From the IMG/VR virus record IMGVR_UViG_3300037440_000267, positions 1-26,077 of that record: a stretch of DNA of 26,077 nucleotides. The stretch is one strand, 5' to 3'. Made by a program: the position numbers and the translations under genes. Origin of the DNA: a virus (Duplodnaviria; Caudoviricetes). Under the pieces are notes generated by a model that was not told the origin of the DNA, did no database searches, and was given only the letters and a program-made list of their open reading frames with translations. Below, in pieces: positions 9,561-18,349 of this stretch. Position 1 is the first letter of the stretch. Each line of letters opens with the position of its first letter.

Positions 9561-9862
9561 TCGACCCAGAGGCTGCCATCGCTGAAATCATCGACGGGTT
9601 GCGCCTCGAAGTAGAGATGGTCGACGGGACGGTCCACACCGTACCCATCGACCTCGACTTCTCGTCGTTGACCGTGGACGAATCTGAACTAGGTATGAGT
9701 ATTGGCGGTGGCAACGCGGGGAGGGTTGCTGCCGCTTTTGTTGCGCTCAAAGCCAACCAGATACTGCACCTTTCCGAAGAGGATCTGACCGAGGTGGTAG
9801 ACGTGTTGGCCGGGTTGATGGAAGGCGACGAAACCAACCTGGTCCTGGAGGGCGTTAGCTAG
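9557..9862 (+). CDS. Putative tail assembly chaperone
   Basis: GTGA-coupled acidic ~101 aa ORF directly before the tape measure gene. Confidence 0.5.
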   Translation: MIDPEAAIAEIIDGLRLEVEMVDGTVHTVPIDLDFSSLTVDESELGMSIGGGNAGRVAAAFVALKANQILHLSEEDLTEVVDVLAGLMEGDETNLVLEGVS

Positions 9863-11766
9863 TGGCGAAGAACACCGTCCGCGTCAACGTAGTTGGTGAC
9901 GCATCGTCGTTTAAACAGGCGATGGGCGAAGTTCAGAAGTCGACAGATCTCGTCGAGAAGGGGATGAAGAAGCTCAAGCAGCTGGCATATACGGCCCTGG
10001 TGCTCGGAGCTTTAAAGGCAGTCAAGGACTTCGTCGGGGATTCCAAGCGGGCCTTCGTCGATCTCAACGAATCGTTGAATGCCGTTCAGGTCACCTACGG
10101 CAAGCACGCCGAAGGGATCAAACAGCTCGGCAAAGAAGCCGCTACCGGCCTTGGTCTCTCCAACGCCGAGTTCAACTCGTTCGCTGTTTCCATTTCGGCA
10201 TTCGCCAAGCAGATCGCCGGCGATTCGGGTGACGTTGTCGGGACGGTCAAGGATCTGACCGGCCGGGTGTCCGACTTCGCGTCGGTGATGAACCTCGAAG
10301 TGGCTGAAGCTGCCCGCCTGTTCCAGTCAGGTCTTGCCGGGGAGTCCGAGCCGCTCCGCAAGTACGGCATCGACGTGTCCGCGGCGACGGTCAAGACCTT
10401 CGCCTACGCCAACGGGATCGCCAAGACCGGTGAGGAACTGACCGAAGCCCAGAAGGTCCAAGCCCGTTACGGCTCGATCATGGCCCAGACCGCCCAGGTG
10501 CAGGGCGACTTCACCAACACCTCGGGCGAGCTTGCCAACGCGACCCGGATCGCCAACGCTCAGATGGAGAACTCCAAGGCGATCATCGGCCAGGCCCTCA
10601 AAGGTGCCTACGAATCGGTGCTGCCGCTGCAGGTGGAGCTGGCGAAGACTGCTGCTCGACTGGCGATCTCGTTCATGGAGCTCACCGGTCAGATCACCGA
10701 ACTGGAAGCGGAAACCCTACGGCTGAACGAAGCGACCGATGGCGGTGCTGAGAACCTCAAAGAGATGGCCGACGCCCTCGCGTTCACCACTGAGGCGACA
10801 AGAGACCACAAGAGCGGGCAGATGGAGGACACCGAAGTCCAGAAGGACTTCGAGGACATTCTTAAGTCGGTCAACCGTCAACTTATCGCACAGCCCGACT
10901 TCTTGGACCTCGCCGAGAAGTCCGCCCAGGAACTCCGCCACGAAGCCGAGGAGTTGGGCCGGCAGTACGGGTGGACGGAAGACCAGATCAAAAAGTTTGT
11001 CGACATGCTCCTGTTCCAGCAGAAGGTTCAGTCGGACACCGGGTCGGGTGACGCCTGGCTGGACAGCCTTCTCAACCAGGGCGAAGCCGTCGAGGAGTTG
11101 GCGGAGGAAACCGGAGAGGCGACTACCGCCCTCCAAGACTTCGAATCCCAGGTCCGCTCCCAAACCGACCCATTGTTCAACCTGGTCGCCAAGACCGACG
11201 AACTGGCCGAGGCAACTGCGGGCGTGTCCGCGGCGGTGGAAGAGTACGGGGAGGGTTCGGCTGAACATCGGGAGGCGCTGCGCAAGGAGTATCTGGCGTG
11301 GGAGGCTCTGAAGGCCGCGCAGATCAGGGCAGCGGAACAGTCCGGGTTGACCATGGAGGAGTTCAAGGGAGATCTCAAAGCCACCCAACTCTTCACTGAC
11401 GCGGAGATCGATCTCATCATTGCCGACTTCGAGAGGGTCAACGCCTTCAAGTTCAGCGGGAAGACGATCACCGTCGAGGTTCAGGGAGGTGGCGGAATCT
11501 CGAAGATGTTAGCCAAGGGTGGCCCGGTCAAAAAGGGAGAGGCCGTCATCGTCGGGGAAGAAGGACCCGAGGTCTTCCAACCGAACCAGTCCGGACAGAT
11601 CATCCCCAACGGCAGCAATGGGGGCAGTCCACTTGGGGGCGGAGGAGGCGGGATCACGGTCATCGTTCAAGGTTCTGTGCTGACCGAACAGGACCTCGTC
11701 GACGCTATCCATGAGGGTCTGCTCAAGAAGCAGAAGCGCAACGGCGGTTTGGGGCTGGCCGGATGA
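9862..11766 (+). CDS. Tape measure protein (634 aa)
   Basis: VNVVGDASSF N-terminus, GESEPLRKYGI, long helical body, C-terminal AKGGPV...VGEEGPE motif. Confidence 0.93.
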   Translation: MAKNTVRVNVVGDASSFKQAMGEVQKSTDLVEKGMKKLKQLAYTALVLGALKAVKDFVGDSKRAFVDLNESLNAVQVTYGKHAEGIKQLGKEAATGLGLSNAEFNSFAVSISAFAKQIAGDSGDVVGTVKDLTGRVSDFASVMNLEVAEAARLFQSGLAGESEPLRKYGIDVSAATVKTFAYANGIAKTGEELTEAQKVQARYGSIMAQTAQVQGDFTNTSGELANATRIANAQMENSKAIIGQALKGAYESVLPLQVELAKTAARLAISFMELTGQITELEAETLRLNEATDGGAENLKEMADALAFTTEATRDHKSGQMEDTEVQKDFEDILKSVNRQLIAQPDFLDLAEKSAQELRHEAEELGRQYGWTEDQIKKFVDMLLFQQKVQSDTGSGDAWLDSLLNQGEAVEELAEETGEATTALQDFESQVRSQTDPLFNLVAKTDELAEATAGVSAAVEEYGEGSAEHREALRKEYLAWEALKAAQIRAAEQSGLTMEEFKGDLKATQLFTDAEIDLIIADFERVNAFKFSGKTITVEVQGGGGISKMLAKGGPVKKGEAVIVGEEGPEVFQPNQSGQIIPNGSNGGSPLGGGGGGITVIVQGSVLTEQDLVDAIHEGLLKKQKRNGGLGLAG

Positions 11767-13091
11767 GTATGCCAACCGTGACCGTGGAAGCCGGGTTCGG
11801 TTTCGGTCCCAACGACACAGTCACCACATGGGTCGACCTGACCGACCGGGTCGGGTATCCAGGCGGTATCCGCTGGGCTTACGGTCGAGTCAACGAACGC
11901 GAACAGGCCGACGCTGGCACCGGGTCGATCACCTTCGACAACTCCGACCGGGCGTTGGACCCGACGAACACCGCGTCGCCGTACTGGCCCGACGTGAAAC
12001 CGATGGTGCCGCTCCGGGTGACCGCCACTCACAACGCTTCGACCCGTTCCGTCCTCTACGCTCACGCCGAGGGTTGGCCTCCCGAATGGGAGGGAACCCA
12101 GTACGGGTGGGTCACCGTCCCGATTGTCGACGGGTTCAAACTCCTCTCGATGGCGGAAACCTCCATCGCCTACGACGAGACCAAGACCGGTGCCCGGGCG
12201 GAAGCACTCCTCGACGCTGCGGACTGGCCGGCAGCAAGACGGGACGTAGACACCGGCCAGTCTTTCATCCAGGAGTACGAAGCGTCACAGAGGATCGTCC
12301 TGAACGCCCTGCGGGAGACCGCCGAGGTCGAGAACGGAGCCTTCTTCATCGACCCTGCGGGTAACGCAGCGTTCCACTCCAGGGTACGTCGGATCAACCC
12401 GACGCTGGCCTACACCTTCGGGGAGACTTCGGGTCTGCCCTACGAGACGGTTCTCCCATCCTACGACGAGTCCGACATCTGGAACGGTGTGGCGATCACA
12501 CCCTGGGAGTTGAGCATTCGCTCCGCCGAGGACGCCACCTCCCAGGCTACTTACGGCCACCGACGGCTCGAGAAGATGGACGTTCGGGTTATCAACGAAC
12601 TGGTCGCTCAGGACATGGCCGACGGGTTGTTGGCACGCCTCAAGGACCCGGTGCTACGGGTGGACAAACTCACCGTGGAAGGCGACTTGTTCAGCGGTGA
12701 CGGAACTGACCCTGACGTGATGGAAGCCATCCTCGAACTCGGCATCGGGGATCTGGTGAGGGTCATCTCCCAACCGGCAGGGGGTGGCTCGCCGTTGAGC
12801 GTGGACGTGTTCATTGAGCATGTGTCGCACCGGATCGAAGCTGACTCCTGGCGGACCACCTACCAGCTTTCACCGTTCTACGACGACCAGTCCGCGGCGT
12901 GGTTGATCGGGGTCGAAGGCTCTAGCAACGTAGGCGTCTCCACGGTGCTCGGATGGATGACCTGGTTACCGCTTTCCGAGGATGCCCTTCCTGTTGTCTA
13001 CCGCTGGGTGTCGAGATTCGACTCAGCTATTGAGCGTTGGGTGCGGCATTGCGTGCACGCCATCGTCGGACGGATTCACGGCGGCAGGTAA
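11763..13091 (+). CDS. Minor tail / distal tail-baseplate protein; last ~44 codons probably a read-through extension
   Basis: WVDLTDRV, AGTGSITFDNSDRALDP, SQATYG motifs; STVLGW at ~12956 looks like the natural C-terminus. Confidence 0.8.
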   Translation: MSMPTVTVEAGFGFGPNDTVTTWVDLTDRVGYPGGIRWAYGRVNEREQADAGTGSITFDNSDRALDPTNTASPYWPDVKPMVPLRVTATHNASTRSVLYAHAEGWPPEWEGTQYGWVTVPIVDGFKLLSMAETSIAYDETKTGARAEALLDAADWPAARRDVDTGQSFIQEYEASQRIVLNALRETAEVENGAFFIDPAGNAAFHSRVRRINPTLAYTFGETSGLPYETVLPSYDESDIWNGVAITPWELSIRSAEDATSQATYGHRRLEKMDVRVINELVAQDMADGLLARLKDPVLRVDKLTVEGDLFSGDGTDPDVMEAILELGIGDLVRVISQPAGGGSPLSVDVFIEHVSHRIEADSWRTTYQLSPFYDDQSAAWLIGVEGSSNVGVSTVLGWMTWLPLSEDALPVVYRWVSRFDSAIERWVRHCVHAIVGRIHGGR

Positions 13092-13438
13092 CGCACATTC
13101 GGTCGCCACGCTTCGATACGTAGAGGTTGTCGCCAGAGTAAGGATGTCCCTGCGGGCAATGCGTCTTCTGACACAACAGACATTGTCTGTGTCCAGCTCT
13201 GGTCAGCTTGTAGTTGCCGTTGACGTACTCATGCCCCTCCGGGCAATGCGTGAGTCTGGCTCGATTAGAAACACTCCAACAGGCTCGACAACTTCGAGGC
13301 AACTCTGTGGGCGTACAGGTTGCGTATTCCGTCCCACGTCTCAGAGTACCCATTGCCTCGATGTGCACCGTCCCATTCCCAGCACCCTTCTGTCTTGATG
13401 ATGCGGGATAAAAACCGTTCTAGATATTGTCCGTTCAT
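13027..13438 (-). pseudogene. HNH endonuclease remnant with catalytic core deleted and frameshift
   Basis: ATG 13438 reads MNGQYLERFLSRIIKTEGCWEWDG...GY...YAHRVA then stops. Another frame carries THCPxGHxY...RxCxxC twice. The DHLC-N-C-NPxH core is absent. Confidence 0.85.
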
Positions 13439-13444
13439 CAGCAC

Positions 13445-13473
13445 AGTCTACACGCCTATTTCGGAGTTATCAA
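13445..13473 (-). promoter_or_regulatory. SigA-type leaderless promoter of the HNH remnant
   Basis: Minus strand reads TTGATA-17 nt-TAGACT-6 nt-ATG(13438). Confidence 0.65.
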
Positions 13474-14216
13474 TGGAAACTGACGGTCGCATAAGAAGCA
13501 AGGACATCGAGTCGGGAGGGGTCAACTCCCGTATCCTCAACGACATCCGTTCCGACGACTTCAATGGTTCGCGGACCAACCCCGAGGGCGACCCCGGCAC
13601 GGTCGGGTGGCAGATCCTGAAGAACGGCTTCGTGGTCTTCAACAATGCGATTATCCGCGGGGAGTTGCGCGCCGGTCGGATCATCTCCGGAACGTTGAAC
13701 GTCGGGTCCGGAGGGAGTATCACCATCGGCGGCGACGAGGAGACCGGCGTACCTCCGGTGGCGACGATGGACGAGGACGGGTTCCAGGTCACCGGCTCTG
13801 ACGCCGAGATCCGCGTTGACTCAACTGAGGGCTCCGTCGTGTTGAAGCGATGGGTTCTAGCCGACGAATACGGGGCGCTCGAATTCCAGTTTGACGATGC
13901 CGACGTTGACCCCACCATCGTCAGTCAGTCGAACGCCACCGTGACGAATATGCGGTTGGGTTCGGGTTTTCCGGTTGGGGCGACCACCGAGGCCACAATT
14001 CACCTCAGTTCAGACGACGCGGGCGAACGGCAGATCACGCTCGCCGCCACGGAATTGTTTATCGGCATCTCATCGTCGGCGACCATAGGTTTCTTCGGGG
14101 CCGCCGGCGTGTCCAAACCGACAGTTACCGGTTCGCGTGGTGGTAACGCTGCGCTGGCTTCGCTGTTGACCGCCTTGGCAAACCTGGGGCTCATCACCGA
14201 CTCGACATCTGCCTAG
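13473..14216 (+). CDS. Tail fibre/tip protein
   Basis: GGAG RBS before ATG 13473; IRSDDF...GWQILKNG...FNNAIIRG motif; C-terminal GSRGGNAALASLLTALANLGLI. Confidence 0.75.
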   Translation: METDGRIRSKDIESGGVNSRILNDIRSDDFNGSRTNPEGDPGTVGWQILKNGFVVFNNAIIRGELRAGRIISGTLNVGSGGSITIGGDEETGVPPVATMDEDGFQVTGSDAEIRVDSTEGSVVLKRWVLADEYGALEFQFDDADVDPTIVSQSNATVTNMRLGSGFPVGATTEATIHLSSDDAGERQITLAATELFIGISSSATIGFFGAAGVSKPTVTGSRGGNAALASLLTALANLGLITDSTSA

Positions 14217-14395
14217 TAGACCAGGGCGTAAGCCCCGACTGCACCACCGATGACGACGAGAGGTATCAGGTAGTCGATGCCCACAGACTGTAGGAACCCA
14301 GAGACGACAAGGCAGGCGACGAGTAGCCCGAGGAACCATGCCATCTTGATTGATGTGGCTCTGACCTTTTCGCTGAGAGTCTTTTCGAAGGTCAC
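14213..14395 (-). CDS. Small two-TM membrane protein (moron-like)
   Basis: GAGGAGGGG RBS then GTG; two hydrophobic segments; antisense within the tail module. Confidence 0.65.
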   Translation of the reverse strand: MTFEKTLSEKVRATSIKMAWFLGLLVACLVVSGFLQSVGIDYLIPLVVIGGAVGAYALVY

Positions 14396-14478
14396 TTCCC
14401 CTCCTCGCTGCACACTCCGACCCTGGGGTCAAAGCTGAGGTTCCCACAAACCGGGCATCTGATAACTACTGTGCTCAC
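14392..14478 (-). CDS. 28-aa CxxC micro-protein
   Basis: AAAGGA then GTG; MSTVVIRCPVCGNLSFDPRVGVCSEEGK*; GTGA-coupled to the membrane ORF. Confidence 0.45.
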   Translation of the reverse strand: MSTVVIRCPVCGNLSFDPRVGVCSEEGK

Positions 14479-14509
14479 TGCTGACACTTCCTTTGTAAGT
14501 GTTGGCCAT

Positions 14510-14549
14510 GCGCCCGGCTAATTCTCGTTAGTGCGGGCGCTTTCTTCTT
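14510..14549 (+). terminator. Putative intrinsic terminator
   Basis: GCGCCCG...CGGGCGC stem with inner CTAA/TTAG, followed by TTTCTTCTT. Confidence 0.55.
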
Positions 14550-14596
14550 CACCACTATATCGACACTTCCACGCTCGCGCTTAAGGGGGATTTTCT

Positions 14597-14896
14597 ATGC
14601 CCACTCAACCAACAACGGGCGATCAGATGCCTGACCCTCTTCACGCTCCTCCTGGTCTTATCGTTTTCGTGCGGGAGCAGGTACTCATGCAGGGGCGCAC
14701 CTTCCATAAGTCAAACACCAAAGTTGTTCCCTTTGTTCAAATCACTGAGCGCTTCAATCGATGGACTCCCATTGGTCAGCCTCGATGGATTGCGGAGTGT
14801 CCTGAATGTCCCGGTGCCGAGGTGGTACCCGCAGAAGGTGAGTTCGAGTGCGGGTCGTGTGGAGCAACGGCTGAAGTTGATTGGAGCAAGACCTAA
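14597..14896 (+). CDS. Zinc-ribbon protein
   Basis: AAGGGGG RBS; CPEC...CGSC. Confidence 0.7.
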   Translation: MPTQPTTGDQMPDPLHAPPGLIVFVREQVLMQGRTFHKSNTKVVPFVQITERFNRWTPIGQPRWIAECPECPGAEVVPAEGEFECGSCGATAEVDWSKT

Positions 14897-15366
14897 TGCC
14901 CACTCAACTGACCACCGGCGACCTGGTAACAGCCGCCAACTGGAACTCGATCCCGGTCGGTGAGATCGACTACACCCAGGCCACGGCGAACGTCGGGTCG
15001 ATCACCGGAACTGCGGTTGACATCACCTCCACCGTCTCTCACACCTTCGTCTCGGGACGGGCCTATCGGATAACCCTCGGTTGGGGTGGTGTCACCTCAA
15101 CGGTTGCCCTCGACCGGGCAACGATTCGTATCCTTTTAGACGCCGGTCAAATGTTCAACCGTCAGGTGGTCATTCGCTCAACCGGGACCACCGACCTCGG
15201 AGGGTTGACGGTGTCCAACCGGTTCACCTGCCCTGGCGACATATCCGCCGCGGCGCACACCTTCAAAGGTCAGGCGTTCCGCGACGCAGGGTCGGGGACG
15301 CTCACTGTCATCGGGTCGACGGTGGCCCCGATCTATCTGCTACTCGAAGACATCGGTCTGGCCTGA
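14896..15366 (+). CDS. Minor tail protein
   Basis: TAATG-coupled; GDLVTAANWN N-terminus and LLLEDIG C-terminus typical of actinophage minor tail proteins. Confidence 0.7.
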   Translation: MPTQLTTGDLVTAANWNSIPVGEIDYTQATANVGSITGTAVDITSTVSHTFVSGRAYRITLGWGGVTSTVALDRATIRILLDAGQMFNRQVVIRSTGTTDLGGLTVSNRFTCPGDISAAAHTFKGQAFRDAGSGTLTVIGSTVAPIYLLLEDIGLA

Positions 15367-15373
15367 TGCCACC

Positions 15374-16159
15374 GTGGACATCTTCCTCGACCCGGCCGGC
15401 AACGATCAGAACACCGGCGGGTCACTAGACCCCGTCCTCACCCTGGGCCGTGCCCTCGAGCTGGTGCCGCGGATCAGTCCCACCCCGTACACGATCAAAG
15501 TCGCTGCCGGCACCTACGCCGGGGTGGGTAACCGGAACCTGCAAAAGACCGTCATCGGGGAACGTCTCACCATCACCGGTCCGGGTGTCTTCGACGTGGA
15601 GAACTCCGGGTTCGGCATCTTCTTCGAAGGTTGCTCACTGGTCTTCATTACCGGGCTCACCTGGCGTAACGGTGCGGACGCCCGGATGGTCTGGCCGGTC
15701 CGCGGGTCACGACTGATCGTGAACAACGTGACCGTCGAGAACGCTATGACCGGGTTCGAAGTTTCTCACGGGAGCCATGTGGTCGCCACCTCCTGCCGGG
15801 TCACCAACCTGACCAACGCCGGGTTGGTCGGCGAGTTCGGTTCCTTCCTCGACGTACGGGACTGCACCATCGAGAACGCCAGTAAGGGTGTCCTCTACAC
15901 AAAGCACGGCGAAGGCCAGGTGCGCGGCGGGTCGATCATGGGTTGTGATCAGGGTATCGAATTGAACTATGGGTCGTACTGCTGGGTTGGCGGGTCGGTC
16001 AACGGTACCGGGGCGCTCTCTGTCAGCGACTGCGACACGGCTCTCTATGTGACACGAAACAGTCAGGTCGCCGGGCGTAACGACGATGTCGCCTACCAGA
16101 CCAACACTGCCGACAAGGTGATCGACGCAGGCGCCTTTGCTGTCGACGCAATGACTTGA
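15374..16159 (+). CDS. Right-handed parallel beta-helix protein (tailspike/depolymerase-like)
   Basis: FLDPAGNDQNTG...PVLTLGRAL, IKVAAGTY, followed by ~22-aa beta-helix rungs. Confidence 0.75.
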   Translation: MDIFLDPAGNDQNTGGSLDPVLTLGRALELVPRISPTPYTIKVAAGTYAGVGNRNLQKTVIGERLTITGPGVFDVENSGFGIFFEGCSLVFITGLTWRNGADARMVWPVRGSRLIVNNVTVENAMTGFEVSHGSHVVATSCRVTNLTNAGLVGEFGSFLDVRDCTIENASKGVLYTKHGEGQVRGGSIMGCDQGIELNYGSYCWVGGSVNGTGALSVSDCDTALYVTRNSQVAGRNDDVAYQTNTADKVIDAGAFAVDAMT

Positions 16160-16169
16160 GGGGGGAATC

Positions 16170-16856
16170 ATGGGTTTTCGGTATTCGGGCACAGCATGGG
16201 ACGGCCAGAAGTGGGTGGCAGCTCCCGCCATCGTCACCCTCGGCAAACAGATCGAAGCGATCAGGCCCGGCACCTTCGCATCAGATGGCACCGTTGCATC
16301 CAAGGGCCACGATCAGACCAGCCCTAACTCCGATCACACCGTCTGGCCCAAGACCGGATCTGGCACGGTCTACGCCATCGACTTCACCGAGGCGGGCGGG
16401 CTCAGTGTCGACGCGGTCGGCGAAGCGATCCGGTTGTCGAAAGACCCCCGATGCAAATACCTCATCCACGACAAACGGATGTTCTCGAGCTACGCCACCT
16501 CGACGTTCCCAGCCTGGACGTGGCGGCCATACACGGGAACCAACGGGCATATCGACCACGGCCATTTGTCCGTCCATCACACACCAGCACTCGCCAATAA
16601 CACGAACCCGTGGGCAATAGGAGGAGACGAAGTGACCACAGAAGAGCTAATCAAAGAGATCCAGACGGCGATCAACCAGACCGGGGTAACACCCCCGTTG
16701 GACATAAACGGGGTGTGGGACATCAAGACCCGCAACCGTTTCGTGGCGGCGATGATGACCTCGAGCACGCCAGGTCCCCAAGGTCCTCCAGGCAAGGACG
16801 GCAAGGACGGCGCACCGGCCACGCTCACCATCACCGGCGACGTGAAGCTCCCGTAA
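16170..16856 (+). CDS. Endolysin (Zn peptidase-like) with PG-binding-like segment and short collagen repeat
   Basis: SDH...AIDF...YLIHDKRMFS...WRPYTGTNGHIDHGHLS metal ligands; IKEIQ...LDINGVWDIKT; first gene of the lysis cassette. Confidence 0.8.
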   Translation: MGFRYSGTAWDGQKWVAAPAIVTLGKQIEAIRPGTFASDGTVASKGHDQTSPNSDHTVWPKTGSGTVYAIDFTEAGGLSVDAVGEAIRLSKDPRCKYLIHDKRMFSSYATSTFPAWTWRPYTGTNGHIDHGHLSVHHTPALANNTNPWAIGGDEVTTEELIKEIQTAINQTGVTPPLDINGVWDIKTRNRFVAAMMTSSTPGPQGPPGKDGKDGAPATLTITGDVKLP

Positions 16857-16857
16857 T

Positions 16858-17157
16858 GTGGCTTTCTTTGCCCAGACTGCCACTGACCCACTACTCGGCC
16901 TGGTCAACCTCGGAGTGCTCGGGATGCTGGCCTACGCCTTCGTCTCGGGGCTGATCGAGGCGAGACCGACGATCCGCCGGCTGGTCGACCAACAGGACGC
17001 CCAGATCGCCCGGCTGCTCAAAGAACGCGAAGAGATTCACAAGCTGTTGAGTGTCCAGGTCTCAGCGCTAGGCACCGAGATGAGCCGTCTGGTCGCCGAA
17101 ACAGAGGAGTTGTTGCACATGATCGAATCCCTGGCGATAAGACAGCAACGTCAATGA
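16858..17157 (+). CDS. Lysis-cassette membrane protein (one TM plus coiled coil)
   Basis: N-terminal hydrophobic segment, helical C-terminus, after the endolysin. Confidence 0.65.
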   Translation: MAFFAQTATDPLLGLVNLGVLGMLAYAFVSGLIEARPTIRRLVDQQDAQIARLLKEREEIHKLLSVQVSALGTEMSRLVAETEELLHMIESLAIRQQRQ

Positions 17158-17906
17158 GCCCTCGCATCGGGTGGAGCCGGGTTCTAGGCGCTGTCATCCT
17201 GGCCCTGATCCTCGGCGTCTACTTCTTGACCTACTGGAACCTCCAGAACAACATCGAAGAAGCCGAGCAGATGATCGCCGAGCAAACCGCTTACATCGCA
17301 GAGCTCGCCGAGATCATCGAATCAGAACCCGACCTCGACGTCCCGCCACCACCGGAGGGGATCGAGGGAGCACCCGGCGCTCCTGGCCCTTCCGGAATGT
17401 CTGCCTACGAGGTAGCTTTAGCCAACGGGTTCGAAGGTAGCGAAACCGAATGGCTGGAATCTCTCGAAGGTGACGATGGAGCGCCCGGCCCGCTGCCGAC
17501 AGCGTTCCAGGTCGCTGCAGCTGTCTCCAATTACTGCCTGGTCGATGACCGCTGTCGCGGTGAGGACGGGTTGGCACCGACACCGGAGGAGATCGGTCTG
17601 GCCGTATCCGACTACTGCTCTCTGCGTGACCAATGCGCTGGGGACACCGGGGCACAGGGTGAGCCTGGGCGTGCTCCTACCGCCGAAGAGATTGCTGATG
17701 CGGTGGCCGCCTTCTGTGCGGAGCGTAACGACTGTGTCGGAGCTACGGGGCCACCGGGTGAATCGATTACCGGTCCGGCTGGGCCTACGGGTCCTCCTCC
17801 CACCGCCGAGGAGATCGCTGCTGCCGTGGATGCTTGGTTCCAAACTCACGTTCTCACATGCGAACGGGCAGATAGGCAGACGTTTACTTGTCAGGCCGAG
17901 GGCTAG
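17154..17906 (+). CDS. Membrane-anchored collagen-like protein with Cys-pair repeats
   Basis: TM, coiled coil, GxY triplets, SAYEVA...GFEGSETEWL, and four PTxEEIxxAV repeats. Confidence 0.75.
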   Translation: MSPRIGWSRVLGAVILALILGVYFLTYWNLQNNIEEAEQMIAEQTAYIAELAEIIESEPDLDVPPPPEGIEGAPGAPGPSGMSAYEVALANGFEGSETEWLESLEGDDGAPGPLPTAFQVAAAVSNYCLVDDRCRGEDGLAPTPEEIGLAVSDYCSLRDQCAGDTGAQGEPGRAPTAEEIADAVAAFCAERNDCVGATGPPGESITGPAGPTGPPPTAEEIAAAVDAWFQTHVLTCERADRQTFTCQAEG

Positions 17907-18334
17907 ACCCGCAGCGTATCCTCTGCTACCCACTTGGCGCGTAGCCGACGATGCTTCTCTCGCTCACAGATCGAGCAGACGCGCTGTCCGCGATAGGTCC
18001 GGTCGTATTCATGCCCGCGCGGGCAATGTGTCTTGCGAGCATTGATCGCCCCGATGGCTCGGCTGTCCTTGAGTGCATTGTCTCGCACAGTCAGCAGCTC
18101 AAGATGTTGGGGGTTAACGCAATGTCGGTTCCCGCAGAAATGATTGACCACCATCCCTTCGGGGATCTCACCGTTGAAGGAGTACCACCCGACCCGGTGG
18201 GCTCGCCGATTCTTTCGCCTGAAATAGAACGACCCGTACCCATCTTTGTCGAGTGGGCCCTGCCAGAGCCAGCAGCCGTTAGAGATGACGTATTTGGATC
18301 GGAACCTTTGCTCTTCATTGGGTGTCAGATTCAT
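17903..18334 (-). CDS. HNH endonuclease, intact, antisense within the lysis cassette
   Basis: CWLWQG...GYG...AHRV...NHFCGNRHCVNPQHL and KTHCPRGH...RVCSIC. Confidence 0.92.
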   Translation of the reverse strand: MNLTPNEEQRFRSKYVISNGCWLWQGPLDKDGYGSFYFRRKNRRAHRVGWYSFNGEIPEGMVVNHFCGNRHCVNPQHLELLTVRDNALKDSRAIGAINARKTHCPRGHEYDRTYRGQRVCSICEREKHRRLRAKWVAEDTLRV

Positions 18335-18340
18335 ACCCAA

Positions 18341-18349
18341 AGGTTAGCA
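18341..18349 (-). promoter_or_regulatory. Extended -10 leaderless promoter of the HNH gene
   Basis: Minus strand reads TGC-TAACCT-6 nt-ATG(18334); no SD. Confidence 0.55.

Noticed and set aside
9557-9862. Programmed -1 frameshift in the tail assembly chaperone
   Set aside because: No XXXYYYZ slippery heptamer was seen, and the stop abuts the tape measure start, leaving no second ORF.
14-11775. Many long alternative-frame and antisense ORFs over the structural genes
   Set aside because: Shadow ORFs expected at high GC, with no RBS or recognisable motifs.
12960-13470. Group I intron carrying the HNH
   Set aside because: The HNH is antisense and fills almost the whole interval; no P7 or other core elements were recognised.
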